Shown one piece after another: positions 37,989-60,714 of a stretch of 64,000 nucleotides of DNA. Source of the DNA: Tubiluchus corallicola (taxonomy: Eukaryota > Animalia > Priapulida). The notes under the pieces are model-generated. The model was given only the letters and a program-made list of their open reading frames with translations. It did no database searches and had not been told where the DNA came from. The number at the start of each line of letters is the position of its first letter. Within the stretch, counting starts at the first letter, position 1. Location: the NCBI GenBank assembly GCA_030141605.1, contig JAQGDQ010000211.1, positions 146,885 through 210,884 on the forward strand, given 5' to 3'. Position numbers and translations under genes: made by a program.

Positions 37989-40489
37989 TTAAGTAAGCTG
38001 GATAACTTTATCTGCAGGTAACAGATTTCTGTCGTGGTCACACAGGTCGGTGCGTCTCGATTTTTTTGTTGGCTAAGCAAACGTGACATGTAGTCATTAA
38101 ATCGCTACTGTTTTGCACAGATGTGCAAAGTTCCTCGTTAACGACATGCATTTTGAAATGCTCTTGTTTGAAAAGAACCTGCATAACTTGGGATGTGATT
38201 CTTGTACAACAGTCAGAATAACAGATAAAACCGGGGGACGGTCAAAGGACCACCGGACGAAGGGTCACAGTCCGGTGCACAGTTGAATATTTTGACGTTT
38301 CTTACAAATAAAAACAAAGTAAAATAGGACATTTATCAGTTATTAATATTACCACCGAGAATTATCAGTCATGCTTTATTAAATAAATATTAACGGTAAG
38401 TCAAAGTTACAATTTCACCAAAGGTGCTGTTAGCACAGCTTTTTCCGGTGGTCCTTTGACCGGTGGCCTTTTGACCGGTGGCCTTCTTTCGATAGTCCTA
38501 TGACTAGTGGCCATTTATTCGGTGGTTCTTTGACTGGTGGCCCTTTGTTCCGTGGTCCTTTGACCTTGCGGCGTTAAACCTTGCGGAGAATAGTGCTTGT
38601 GGTCCTTTGACCTGACGGGGAATAAGTTTCAAACGTAGGAAGCAATCTGTCCAGTTTGTGAGCAACAATAAATGTAATTTACGAGAAATGACAACTTCAC
38701 ACAGAAGACGAATCAGTCTAGCCGTTTTGTTTGCGTGCGCTCTGTGTTCCTGGAACAATAAGTCCCCCCATGAGCAAAACAAATTACTTAAATTCTATAG
38801 GCGCAATTGATTGTTTCCTATACTACGTGTGCTACGTGTTGCTATGAAGTTGCGAAGTATTATCAATTACAGAATATTGCGCAAAATCTCAGGACGGAGT
38901 CTATAGCTAAGTGGTCACGTTAATGACGCGTGAGCAGCAACTGGATATAGCTCTGAGCGGTTTTGTTCGAAAAATGACTATGGCTGTGACTCGAACCCCG
39001 TTATTCACGTGACCACTTGGCTATGTATCCACCCTGAGATTTTGCAATAGTTGGTAATATTTTGCAACTTAATAGCACACGTAGTATGCGATGCATTCAA
39101 TTGCGCATTCAGAATTTTTACTAATTTGTTTAGCGCGCAAAGGTAGGGCGTATTCAGCCCTGCCAGTTCAGTGGCTTACCTTAAGAGGATTCTCCTTGAT
39201 AACGAACTACATGCCGGTCTTGCCACAATCTGGACATTGCGTTAGCCCTGCTGCTAAATGCTAGATTCGAGCCTGCAGCAGTACCATAGTGTATGAATAC
39301 ACACTATCATAAAATTTTCAAAATGTATAACTGAATTGTTTAACAGTTAGGGACGTATCAGAACATTTCGACACCCTTGGCTGATAATTCAGTCTGCCCC
39401 CATCTCTATTAGGGATTTATGATTGTTTATATGTGAGGTGGGAGCACAATTACTTGTAGTGTATTAGTAACACTATTACGTAGTTTAAGCGTTAGCGCGA
39501 GTGCTGCTATTGACGTGGTTAATTACATTATATTTGAATGGCATTTATGTATCTAAATAGTTTGTATAATTGCATGTTGTGATGCATTTTTTCAATTGTT
39601 CTTATTTGTTACGTTGCTTTTATACAATGCTTATTAATTAACTGCTTGTGGTGTGTTATGGAAAACGTCTATATTGTACTGAACGCCTCTTTCACGCCAA
39701 TTGTAAGTTTCCGTTGAAGGCAAGTTATGCATCTGGCCTGTATAAAAGCGATCGTCTCTACTCTTTTGCTGGTTCAGCTAGATTAATCCACGACGGTGTA
39801 AACTCTATTTCATCATTATATTTGAACTACTTCATATAATTTGCCAGTAGAGGTATCGTTTTTCTTACACATCATTCTGTTGTTTCGTGGATGGATGTCA
39901 GAAGTGTTATACTCTGCTTGGCTTCCGCATCTGCTGGTACCGAACCAACGCGGGAAGTTTTAACCTTTATCGACGAAGTTCCGCCCGACAGTTCAATATG
40001 CATATGAAAGGACATTTTTCGAACAGAACGAGAATCTTTTAATTTCGGTCTTCCAAAGTTTGGCGCCCTATGCTACAGCCTGTTTGTAGATACGCCCCAC
40101 TGTTGTTGACAGTTTTGTGTGAATGGTTGTGAAACAATCGTTAATTCTGTCAAAACCTGCGTGTTTATTTGCACCATTGTCTAGACTCTAGTGTGTACTA
40201 TTTGAGGAAATGTTTTGATCTGTGTTGTTGAGAAACAAAACATGTTCTAATGTCTTTTATCACTGATTTCTCTTGAGGGCTTGTTCGACGAACATTCGTT
40301 TTGATCCAGGAAAGGAATATTTATTGGCAAAAGTTACAGGAATTGTACGTTGTTGCGTTTAATGCAAGGCCAACATGTACGTTTACAGTAATAAAGAACT
40401 TACCTAACTTTGGATGGCATCTTTATTTTCAAGAGTAAATAATCAGGATATAAGATTAAAGCTGATGCAAATAAATATAATTTACTAAT

Positions 40490-41192
40490 TAACTGACTGA
40501 CTGGCTGACTGACTAGCTAGCTAACTAACTAACTCACTCACTAACTAGCTAACTAGCTAGCCAGCCAACACACAAACCAGCAGCCAACCATTCAACAAAA
40601 CAAGCAAACAAACAAACGACTAATCAAGCACCAACGAATCATTCAATCAGCTTACTAGCAACCAACCAACAAACCAACCAACCAACCAGCCAACCAACCA
40701 ATCAGCTTACTAGCAACCAATCAACAAACCAACCAATCAGCTTACTAGCAACTAACCAACCAACCAACCAACCAGCCAGCCAACCAACGAATCGGCTTAC
40801 TAGCTAACCAACCAACAAACCAACCAGCCAGTCAGCTTACTAGCATCCAACCAACAAACCAACCAGCCAACCAACCGACCAATCAGCCTACTAGCTAACC
40901 AGCCAACCAACCGACCAATCAGCTTACTAGCAACCAACCAACAAACCAACCAGCCAACCAACCAACCAGCCAGTCAGCTTACTAGCATCCAACCAACAAA
41001 CCAACCAGCCAACCAACCGACCAATCAGCTTACTAGCTAACCAACCAACCGACCAATCAGCTTATTAGCTAACCAACCAACAAACCAATCGGCTTACTAG
41101 CAACCAACTAACAAACAACCAGCCAACCAATCAGCTTACTAGCAACCAACAAACCAACCACCAACCAACCAACCAACCAACCAGTCAGCCAA
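40490..41192. repeat. (CCAA)n-based composite satellite punctuated by ATCAGCTTACTAGC
   Basis: The motif recurs more than ten times with variable tetramer spacers. Confidence 0.9.
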
Positions 41193-44100
41193 CTGCATAA
41201 GTTAATTAATGAATTTTTCGTACTATTGATAATGAATATAGTTCTGCAGTGTTTGTTTTTCCTGTTGTCCTTTGTTCAGAAAGAAAAATAACTATTAGGA
41301 CTTGCCATGATTATAAGTAGCTGCATGGTCTAGTTTTCTGTGGCTGTGTTGTCCGATTTCAATTCCAAAGGTCTTAGGTTCAAAACCGGACAGTGTCCTT
41401 ACCTTTTTCACGTATTGCCTGTCAAATTGTGGCTTAAAAATCAATAAATATTGATTTGCTCCACCGTTAAGATGGTAAATATTCAATTAAAAGTGTCTGA
41501 TGTTTAATGTCAAATTATTTTGTTTGAAAATTAGATAATTGTTGTTCGATCCAGTGACTTAAAAATGAGATTTGTAATAAGAGAGCTTTTTTCTGTTCTT
41601 GATACCGAAATCATTATTTTTTCAATTAAAGCTATACATAATGAAGTATACTTACAAATCCAGTTTTTGCCAGGGCGACTTATCTATGGAATTCATTGGG
41701 AAAAAATCCCTGAAAACTACATCCACGTCTAATTCAAGAACGCAACAAATGCCTTGTGTCACTAGGGAGATTAATTCTATGAATTTTCAGGACTTGTAAG
41801 TGGGCGAGCGTGTAAGTACATGAATGAGTGAGTGAGTGAGCGAATAAGTTCTGTAGCTTATTACTCCTAGTGCCGCCACTGAGTAGTCTTGTTTAGTTTG
41901 TATAAAAAAAACGAATAAATTCAGCGTAACTAGGCCCTCTTCGTAGCGCCACCTTGCAGCAAACTTCCATGTTATTCAAATAATTAATTTAATCACGAGA
42001 CAGAAATAATTTATTAAATTTGTTTTTTCTTCTTTATCTGTTTTGTTCTGTCTGTCTTCTCTGTTTTGTGTTTTGACAAATTCTTTTACTTTCAGTTGAG
42101 TTGCTTTTGCTTTATAAAATTTTCTCTTTGAGTTTCATTTTGTTTGATATAATTTTTTGCTATAACTTAAATTCCGTTTTGCATTGCTTGTGAAAACTTC
42201 CTTTTATTCTGAGTGGAATTGCATTTTTGCTTTGAGTAGATTTTTGTTGCTTTGTTTGATGTTATTTTTTGCTCTACATTGAATTTCACTAATTTTTTGC
42301 TTGACGTTGTTCCTTGCTATGCTTTGAGTTGATTTTTGTTGCTTTTGCCTTTTATACATACACCAACCACCTAAAAATGTCATCACCCTGTGAATAAACT
42401 TGTACTTTTAATAAGGGGCAGCTGACCAAGTGACCAGTAGGTCTTTTGCTGCTCCTTCTCGGCTGCAATGAAATGTAAAAATAATTATGACGAATTTTAA
42501 CTGCTATCGAGAAAATAAAATTGAATTGAATATCTGTGTTGTAAAACCTGCATGTTGAATCGTGTCGCTCGCTGCGTGAAATAAATCGAATTGAATTGAA
42601 CATACCTTTTCGTCCCTGTGCACTGTACCAGATTGAACACAGAAATTGTAAACCCCAAGTTTTGTCTAAGCACTACCCAAACTTGCACGAACTTTCATAG
42701 CGTCCTGCTAGACCTATCAACATTTAGTGAGCTTCTCGTCTGTGTTCCTGCACCAAAAGAAGCCGCGCGTGCCTTGCGGGGGCGGAAGCCACGCACCTGA
42801 CTGTGAGTATACCTGAGGAATCTGTGCGCTAGTGGGAGTGGGGAATGGTACGAATAAACATTGCTAATGGGTGGCATGTTTTTGTAAGGTTTATTTTAAC
42901 TTCCTCAAAGTCTTTGCAGTTGTGAAATGTGCAAAACACGTAACTGTCAATGATTCAGATGATGATATTCAAGTCGATCTGTTTTATTACTTCATTGCGG
43001 TTGTAAGACGGGTCGTTACCGTTTTTCAGTCGTAAATCAACACGCGTCAATTACACGTTGCCTGTGTCGTAATTGCCGTTAAAACGAGCGTAAGAAGAGT
43101 GGGAAGTGTTAAGGTACGTTCAAACATTGCGGCAGATCAGGTTACGGCAACGTGTGACGTCGATATTCTCCGTCATTCACGACTGTTTTCCCGTTTCAGT
43201 CAGGGAATACCACTTTTTCCAACGCCCAGAGCTCACGAAACCTCATTAAATGCAGAACGGCTGTTTTAATGTTCGTTTTTTCCACGGGTCTTTTATATAT
43301 GGAATTCTTTTGTCAGAAAATGAAAATTTAATATCGGCACTAACCTACTTTGTGAATGACCCTTTTATTTTAAGATCCTGTTGTTAATTTCTAGTAAAAT
43401 AGGGATTGAATTTGTGTAGTTTTTGAGATCACTGATTGTAACTCTTGTGGATTTAAACATTGAATTGGAATTTAATAATTTGGTATATCAATTTATCTGC
43501 ATTTTTATGTTACTTCACAGGAAACTTGCTGCATTAATAACCTTGATTTTAGCACGCACTTCAATACTTCTTGTTTAACATCACTGTAAGAAATGTTATA
43601 CGCACAAATTAGAAAAGCTAATTACAGAAACCGTAAATGTAATATTGTAGAATTCACTCTGTATCTACAGTAATAAGTGTCCTTGTAAAATTGTATAATG
43701 TTAGTACAGATATTTTTGCCTGCAAAAAGAGGTTAATAAAGACTCATCATCATCATCATCAACAATTTGTCAGAAAACTTTGTTCACTATTAAATGTACA
43801 AAGAACATCAGCTGGTACGTGATGTGATAACATATAGGAATATCAGTTGGTGTTTTGTCTTTTGTTAGTAGATGTCCCGTGATTCCCATCAGTTGACTTT
43901 ATAAGGGCCTGAGTGGTCCAGTGTTCTTTCTGAACCATTTTTGTAGAGTAAGACCGTGCACAGCTCATATAAAATTCCTTGCCCGTTCGGTGACAGTCGC
44001 GTTCATTTGCTATTAGTGTAAAAAGTCCATCTGAAAAGAGTCTCTAAACGGTTCGGAAACAATTTTAATGTTATTTCGTTCGATGGATGCTTGGCATTTG

Positions 44101-44377
44101 AGTTATCTGCTATTTTATTGGATTTTATTTCCGTGTAAAATGTGTTTGCTAGTATTTCAATGTTATTGTTTATTCATGTCACATTCCGATGTGCATTTAG
44201 ACGTCGCTGCTTTGGAAAAATTATCATTTTTTTTCTTACAAACTGTCGCAAAGAAGATCAACGACCATTCAAATCAATTTACGTGGAAAGATTTTGATTT
44301 TTGTGGATCTGTGTTCATGTATCTTCATTTTTTTAACTAAAATGTCGTATTTGCCTGTTTTGTTGGTGGAAATGACT

Positions 44378-45675
44378 TTATTAAGCACAACATAACGTGC
44401 TGCCACTTCAACTGATGTGGAATGTTACACCTTATTAAACACTGCATAACGTGCTGCTATCTCAACTGATGTGGAATGTTACACCTTATTAAACACTGCT
44501 AACATGCTGCCACTTCAACTGATGTGGGATGTTACACCTTATTAAGCACTGCATAACGTGTTGCCATCTCAACTGATGTGGAATGTTACACCTTATTAAG
44601 CACTGCATAACGTGCTGCCATCTCAAATGATGTGGAATGTTACACCTTATTAAGCACTGCATAACGTGATGCCACCTCAACTGATGTGGAATGTCACACC
44701 TTATTAAACACTGCATAACGTGCTGCTATCTCAACTGATGTAGAATGTTACACTTTATTAAGCACTGCATAACGTGCTGCCACTTCAACTGATGTGGAAT
44801 GTTACACCTTATTAAGCACTGCATAACGTGCTGCTATCTCAACTGATGTGGAATGTGACACCTTATTAAGCACTGCATAATGTGCTGCCACCTCAACTGA
44901 TGTGTAATGTTACACCTTATTAAGCACTGCACAACATGTTGCCATCTCAAATGATGTGGAATGTTACACCTTATTAAGCACTGCATAACGTGCTGCCACC
45001 TCAACTGATGTGGATGGAATGTTACACCCTATTAAGCACTGCATAACGTGCTGCCACTTCAACTGATGTGGAATGTTACACCTTATTAAGCACTGCATAA
45101 CGTGCTGCCATCTCAAATGATGTGGAATGTTACACCTTATTAAGCACTGCATAACGTGCTGCCACCTCAACTGATGTGGAATGTTACACCTTATTAAGCA
45201 CTGCATAACGTGCTGCTATCTCAACTGATGTAGAATGTTACACTTTATTAAGCACTGCATAACGTGCTGCCACTTCAACTGATGTGGAATGTTACACCTT
45301 ATTAAGCACTGCATAACGTGCTGCCACCTCAACTGATGTGGAATGTTACACCTTATTAAGCACTGCATAACGTGTTGTCATCTCAACTGATGTGGAATGT
45401 TACACCTTATTAAGCACTGCACAACATGTTGCCACCTCAACTGATGTGGAATGTTACATCTTATTAAGCACTGCATAACGTGCTGCCACCTCAACTGATG
45501 CGGAATGTTACACCTTATTAAGCACTGCATAACGTGCTGCCACCTCAACTGATGTAGAATGTTACACCTTATTAAGCACTGCATAACGTGCTGCCACTTC
45601 AACTGATGTAGAATGTTACACCTTATTAAGCACTGCATAACGTGCTGCCACCTCAGCTGATGTGGAATATTACAC
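44378..45675. repeat. 54-bp minisatellite, about 24 copies
   Basis: Unit TTATTAAGCACTGCATAACGTGCTGCCACCTCAACTGATGTGGAATGTTACACC. Confidence 0.97.
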
Positions 45676-46000
45676 TAAAATTTTTCGTTTTTAGCTCATA
45701 AATTTTTTTTTATAACTAATAGCATTGTATAATAGCACATCTTGATTTCAAGGTTACATATTAATTCAAATAATAAACCTGCGAAAATTGAAAAAGTCAA
45801 ATCTAAACCTGGATTTGAACCAACGACCTTCGTGTTACACACCAAGCTCCGTATAATTAAGAAATTTCGCGGCATCTTTTCTCTATCTGTTACTTTTGTG
45901 ATTATCTTAAAATTATCGTTTGCATTTCTTGCAAACTCCAAACAATGTACCTAGTTTGAATTTAAGTCTGTTTAACCCGTCTTATTTGTTTTCCTTGCAG

Positions 46001-46113
46001 GAAAATACGTGGGATCCAGACCCGTAAAACTGCGAAAAAGCACATGGAAAGAAAGAAATTTGGAAAGCGTAAAGAAAAAGGCAAAGGAGAAGAAAAAACT
46101 GGGACTTCGGTGA
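46001..46113 (+). CDS. RBM42: RNA-binding motif protein 42, terminal coding exon (G)KYVGSRPVKLRKSTWKERNLESVKKKAKEKKKLGLR*
   Basis: Strong acceptor ttgttttccttgcag, phase 1. The peptide matches the RBM42 C-terminus as I recall it (GKYVGSRPIKLRKSMWKDRNLDVVRKKQKEKKKLGLR). TGA at 46111-46113. Too short for the ORF track. Confidence 0.93.
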
Positions 46114-47207
46114 CATTCGACAGGTCTAATGTGTCTTCACTTTCTTTATGTACATATTATATTAGCTCATTTTTTATCGAAAATGAATTTAAATTATCTC
46201 AGTTCTCGTGTTTATATCCTTAACAATTATTTCTGTTGTCGTTGCAAACGGATAATTTACAGAGAAGCTTGTGCTGCCATCTGTGAGTCGATTTGTTAAC
46301 AAACGAGTTGTTGTGGATTTGATCACAGCTGTGCTGTCATCTATGCGTTTTTTCTTCACCTAATGACAGTTGGGTCCTTTCGTTTTCTTTTTCATAATGT
46401 TTTGTCTTTACATCATAGTTAAGAAAAACAGTCTGTGCTGCCACCTGTGAGCTGGTATGTTAATCAATGTGCGGCTGCTGTAGTGTCATGTGTTCACGGT
46501 TCATGAACCAGGCTGTAATTTCGTATGTTTCTTACAATTCTTATAGTAGTGACGAATTTTGAATTTCTTTAGGGGACATCCGACAAATGTTCGAATTTTC
46601 CCTGACTATAACTGAATCAAGGTAAATAAATTTTACTGGTTTTGTTCCTGGGTGAAGATAAAACTTTTGTAAAAACGTAATGCACAAACTTTGTTTGACA
46701 TTGTTGATTTTTTTTTTATTTTTAACTGAAGCATTTAGCATTTGGTACATATTCACCACGGTGCTTCATAGAGCCGCTCTAAGTAACTAGAAGCCCTGGG
46801 CAAAAATTGGTTTAAACTCCCTCCTCAATGGTTAACAATGAAGTATAATGGTACCTGTGTGTATGGAACTTTACATGTAATTCACAGGGTACTAATTGAC
46901 TGTAGTTCATTATCTATCCACGGCTTGTGTTGATTTCATTTGAAATAAAATTTATGGCCTCCTTGTACTTCTGGAATCTGCAGAAAGCAATATTCAAAAT
47001 TTCTATAATTTCTGCTGCACAGTCTTTGTGTACAGACCCTTGGCTAGAATTTCATTCAGCTTTTTCATCAGAAAAAACCGACTCCTCTTTTTCACGGACA
47101 TACATTTCATCGGTTTTATCATCTGGTCTGATTATAAATGTCTGATTAGTGGATCTCTTTTGCTGTTAAATGTCAGCCACCCTTTTTACCTCTCATTTTC
47201 TATATTA

Positions 47208-47680
47208 CAGTCAACCTCGGATACAAGGGACACCTCCGGACCGGAAGAAACTGTCCCTTATATCCGATGTTCCTTGTAGCCGAAGTTGAGGGTGTATCTA
47301 GACCTGTACTTTTCTGTACTTTTACCAATATTTTTATGGATTATTGCTACACATTCAGTGCAAACAGTATGTAGGAAGCTCCTTCAGTGATGCGAGATGT
47401 ATGTGACCGTGGAAACCGAGCTGTTCGAAGGCTGAGTTTGCAAAAAATTGAGGTTAAAAATCGATCAATTTCGCTTTGATCATAGGGTCCCTTATATGCA
47501 AGATAATTTACCCGGGTTTCTATTACGCGGGACCTGAAGATATTGTCCCTTATAAGCGAAAGTTACTTATATCCGAGTACCTTACATATGGCGATTTTTA
47601 CATAGGAAAAACGATACGAAAAATCGGGACCAGTGTTGGTGGTCCCTTATAAGCGAGAACGTTATACCCGAGGTTTACTT
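47208..47680. mobile_element. Tigger/pogo-like MITE
   Basis: TA-CAGTCAACCTCGGATACAAG ... GTTATACCCGAGGTTTACTT-TA; repeated GTCCCTTATA subterminal motifs. Confidence 0.8.
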
Positions 47681-48099
47681 TACTATCCCGACTGCTTCGA
47701 TTCTTATAGGTTAGTGTTGATACGAAAATAACGCAAGTTTCATTTAAATAGTGTTGTGCACTTAAGAAATTACACATAAACTGCATTATTACCTATTCTA
47801 AACTTAAAAAAAGAATTTGGCACCCTAGTCAACTGCCTCGTGGTGGAGCTGGCTTTGATGCTTGTAGACAAAAGAATTACGTTTTATCCCAAAAATATTT
47901 TTGGCAACCAATCCCGCGATGCCCGCTTTGAAAAATGTTTCTTCCTAATTAATTTGTAGTTCTAATTAGATTGAGGCTGTAAAATAAATGCTTGTTATAT
48001 CAGACTGAGGTTTTGTATTGTGTATTATCAACTGATGCAAGAATTATTAAGTTACGCAAGTCACAAATAAGTAAAATAAACAAAAAAAGCGCAGTATTA

Positions 48100-50815
48100 A
48101 AGTACTGAAAAACTCTTTATGTAATCACTCATCTTACATTTGTACAAGATATATAATACTTACAATAATATAGACTGCATAGCAACGATGCAGTCAAAGA
48201 GTGCAAAAAGGCTCCTACTAGATCTCATACTAACACTGAGCAGCGATTAATTCGTCAAATGAAAATAATTAGTTAAAATTCCGCTCGCAGTTTAACCCTT
48301 TGACTTCTAAACATCTTTCCAATGCTTCGTATGTTTTAATCATAGAATTGCCTACATCTAGCATAGCTTTGTATCAAACTAAAGATTACTAACAACATAC
48401 TCATTGAATATTCCGTATAATTAGCAAATTAATTACACTAAACATTTTTTGGTACATGACCAAAATAGGTTAAGTAAAAGCGGCTGATAAGTAAGTGCTG
48501 ATCGTACTGACCCAAGGCTTTTGTGCTATGGAACATGAGTATTTTAAAAACAACATGCAGGTTTAGTGGACAGAAAAATAAAGGCTACGATGCACTAAAG
48601 CGTCCAGTATCTGGCTTCAAGCGTCCAGCATCTGGCTTCAAGCGTCCAGCATCTGGCTTCAAGCGTCCAGCGTTCGCTGGGTACTAAGCTAACAACGAAG
48701 CGACTGCCGTCAATCTCTGTATTTGCAGAAAAACAAAATTGACGAGATTTTTGCAATGCTTTCTTTTTTGTCCACTTATTTACTTATTTTTGTCTTACTT
48801 ATTTGCTTAACAATTTGCAGGTCTAGTTATCCGCTGGACGCGAGACCCTCAGCAAAGAGGAAGAGCTTCCAGCGTCTGCTGCCAAAATCTTAGGCTTCAC
48901 GGCCCATTAACAATATATGTTTTGTTTTAGCTTTCAGATGCCGGATGCTTTGGTGTGTCGAACTCTTAATACGGCATTTTCACTCTAGTTCTGTTCAATA
49001 GTAAAGGGAGCTACTCGTAGATTTACAAATGGGTGCTGGATGTTATTGCCGAAGTTGTTTTGGCTTCTCGTTCAATTTACTGTAGCAAGACTGTGGAAAC
49101 GTATTATATACGTAGTTTATCTGAGTATGTTATCCGCATATATTACAAATCAAGTACCTATTTAAGCAAAAAATGCGCAAATATTCTGTGAAACCCGATG
49201 TGAAATATGCTTCGATACGCGTGCAAGTGACTGTTAGAAGCAAACTGAATTCACTAGCAGGTATGTCTCTCGTGGCCTTACTACATAGTCAAGCTTACTC
49301 CATGCTTAGATTTAGTAATGAAAGAATGTTACTAGCGCGACTGAAAACCAGTGTAACATCTAATCCAGCACGACATTCTAAAGCTTTAGTCACACTACGC
49401 AGAATTAGACCAGCAAACATCGGAATGTGAAACTTTGCGTCACTCATGTAATCACTAATTCAACACACACTAAGACTGAGCGTACAAGTTGAAATATCTA
49501 CTGTCGTCTGTACAGAGAAAGACAGTCGTACGTCTTGCTGTGCTCAACTCTTTGTTTCCACAACACATGTCTACGTACAACAAGCGTCCTAACTGATACA
49601 ACAAGTCTCTCTTACGAGATGCGTAAAAACAACAAAAAATAGAGATTAGAATAAAAACCAAACGCTAAAATCTAAAACAGATTCTACACAAGAAAGTATA
49701 ATAATAGTAATAATAACAATAATAATAATAATAAAGTTATTAAGTGACTATAAAGTTCTTGTCAAAACAGGCGTGTGCGCGTGAGCACACATCAAAAACA
49801 AGCAAAAGTTTTTTTGTACAATACACTACCCCTGACAACTCTTTAACTATGTACAAACCTAGAATAATAATTATTCATCAATATCTGGTGCCCGAAATCG
49901 GGCTTACACAAATAAGCCAGACGCATGTGAACAGTTAAACACGAAGTAAATGATACACGAGTAACTTTCGGCTGGTTTTTTTTACAACTGACTCTGTTGA
50001 AACGGCTGACAATGATAAAAAACAAAAATCGTATGAAATGCAGATAAGATCAACTTTAATATGTGGCTTTTTTGGCAACGTAGAGGAAAAGAATAACCCA
50101 AAATGCAGAGCAGCTCACGCGGTGTACTTACTCTTGAATACAGTAATCTCTTAACAAACAACTGTAAAAATATTCACGCAACAAATACCCCCTCCCCCCC
50201 CCCCCCCGAAAACTAGTTACACTTTTTTCACAAATAACACGGCACTTGGCAAAGTTTGGTCTCAATATCTTGTCTGCTTACTACAAAGAACTCAAACATA
50301 TTGCGCATCAAATGCGCAGTCATTATTAAGCAAGTTGGTATAAAGACAACACCGACTTTGTCAAACAACGGCATTCACCCCTTTCCGGGGAGAAAGCGGC
50401 ACGACTTATGTGATTTCTCATTCTTTAGCACAGCATTCAATCACAAGATGGCAATAATGAGTAAAATATAATTTCTCATATATCTGCATATTCATTACTA
50501 CCGGCTGTGCCATATACAAGTTCTGCAGATGTACAACAACACTAACGGATATGCTAACGAACACAAATAAATTATCAACCCTGTCTGTATGATCTGCATC
50601 ATACATTATCATAAATTATAAATAATATTTATCAACAATTTCATTGTGTTTAATTAGAAATGTACCCAGTTGCAAGTAGTTCCAATCAGACCGTGCGGTT
50701 ACGACTTGCTAACAAGTTTCGACGAGCCGTGATGCCGCACATCGTAACACCTCACAAACCGCACACTAGACTTGTTTACCAGCAGAATGAACTAGAACGC
50801 TGCCGCACGTACGGC
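48100..50815 (-). other. GSK3B: Probable long GSK-3 3' UTR
   Basis: Transposon-poor, T-rich on the minus strand. A variant poly(A) signal CATAAA lies near 48116-48121, followed by a T/GT-rich tract. The end point is inferred. Confidence 0.4.
48598..48671. repeat. 20-21 bp tandem repeat, about 3.5 copies, in the probable GSK-3 3' UTR
   Basis: AAGCGTCCAGCATCTGGCTTC units. Confidence 0.85.

Positions 50816-60714
<9,899 letters not shown>

Noticed and set aside
38121-38290. RBM42 RRM exon (VRITDKTGGRSK looks RRM-like)
   Set aside because: The resemblance comes from the inverted-repeat element end; there is no RNP1 GYGFV and no donor in the right phase.
40490-41192. CRISPR array
   Set aside because: Eukaryotic context, low-complexity non-unique spacers, and no cas genes.
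41660-41720. Possible coding exon
   Set aside because: It reads FARATYLWNSL, like FSRASYTWNSL at about 5720 and APKL*NDLP at about 11525: decayed CR1-group LINE ends.
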